From positions 3,662-67,661 of the forward strand of contig CAVPFI010000007.1 in NCBI GenBank assembly GCA_963703685.1: a DNA stretch of 64,000 bases. The letters are read 5' to 3'. Both the position numbers and the translations under genes were made by a program. Position 1 is the stretch's first letter; each line of letters starts with the position of its first letter. The notes below the pieces were generated by a model. The model was not told the origin of the DNA, ran no database searches, and saw only the letters and a program-made list of their open reading frames with translations. Positions 63,469 through 64,000 of this stretch are shown one piece after another. The DNA is from an uncultured Acidobacteriaceae bacterium (GTDB taxonomy: Bacteria; Acidobacteriota; Terriglobia; Terriglobales; Acidobacteriaceae).

Positions 63469-64000
63469 CTAGTAAGGATAATCATCGTATCCCCACCACG
63501 GGCTATACCAGTACGGTGGCCAATACCAGAAAGGATCCCAACCGAGCCCCCACCCAAAACCAAAGCCAAACCCGCAACCCCAGCATCCCCAGCCAAAGCC
63601 GCGTCCACCGAACCCGCCTCGCCAGCCAATCCCACGCCCAAAGCCCTCGCCGCGGCCAAACCCACCGCGGTCCCCTCCGAACGAATGCCACCGCCCATCA
63701 GCAATCGCTGCCCGTTGGCCTCCAGCTATGCCCCCAGTGTTTCCGGATCTTCCAAATCCCGATCTCCCTAATGAAGATCTCCCCGACGAAGATCCCCCGA
63801 ACGAATGCCATCCTGGCGAAGTGGCACGACTACTTCGGCCCGCCGAGGACCAGCTTCTTCCTCCGCTGTAACTGCGCGCCGATGACGAACCTCCGTACCG
63901 GCCGCCGCCGTAACCATATCCGCCGCCGCGGTAACCGCCGTATCCGTATCCTCCTGCGTGATAGCCGCCGCCACGATAGCCACCACCAGAAAAACCGCCA
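63469..64000 (-). CDS. glycine/aromatic-rich protein, 5' end off window
   Basis: Minus-strand reading GGYRGGGYHAGGYGYGGYRGGGYGYGGG ... GFGWGCWGCGFGFGFGWGLGWDPFWYWPPYWYSPWWGYDDYPY* with the stop at 63471-63469. Absent from the ORF track because it is truncated. Confidence 0.55.
   Translation of the reverse strand, partial: GGFSGGGYRGGGYHAGGYGYGGYRGGGYGYGGGRYGGSSSARSYSGGRSWSSAGRSSRATSPGWHSFGGSSSGRSSLGRSGFGRSGNTGGIAGGQRAAIADGRWHSFGGDRGGFGRGEGFGRGIGWRGGFGGRGFGWGCWGCGFGFGFGWGLGWDPFWYWPPYWYSPWWGYDDYPY

Overview
This is a high-GC bacterial chromosomal segment. The protein families and the very dense short palindromic interspersed repeats suggest Acidobacteriota/Terriglobia, but that is inference, since no search could be run.

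**Layout**
- 1-11.7 kb: housekeeping genes. A HIT-family gene, rpsA, then a 2-oxoacid dehydrogenase/lipoylation cluster (lpdA, lipB, E1 alpha, E1 beta, E2). The cluster is interrupted by a small membrane protein, a decayed toxin-antitoxin remnant and a c-type cytochrome.
- 11.8-27.2 kb: a minus-strand phage-like head/neck/tail morphogenesis cluster. It reads frameshifted large terminase, a 4-gene cargo island, portal, protease-like protein, scaffold, major capsid, neck proteins, tube-like protein, large distal tail protein and a holin-like protein. I saw no integrase, replication genes or tape measure.
- 27.3-44.8 kb: two giant secreted beta-helix proteins (about 2,320 aa and about 1,400 aa once apparent frameshifts are bridged), small lipoproteins, a dual-specificity phosphatase, a zinc-ribbon plus HTH pair, a DUF2292-like protein and a papain-like peptidase.
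- 45-64 kb: ordinary chromosome. A CadC-like/TPR regulator, a REC-PilZ protein, cytochrome c, a MarR/VOC pair, a histone-H1-like protein, MltD, two tandem frameshifted quinone oxidoreductase genes, VapBC, an SDR, PNPOx-family proteins and a glycine-rich protein.

**Most interesting signals**
1. A HipA-like kinase plus DUF3037 module, with two small membrane proteins, sits between terminase and portal.
2. At least eight families of short palindromic repeats are present. Several copies lie in frame inside intact genes (lipB, E1 alpha, portal, protease-like protein, a lipoprotein).
3. A NodB-deacetylase domain appears split across the boundary of the two ORFs that form the giant protein.
4. A duplicated unit of about 190 bp combines a promoter-like site and a terminator hairpin.

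**Caveat:** at least 12 small insertion frameshifts (mostly 1 nt) are visible. From sequence alone I cannot separate assembly error from real gene decay.
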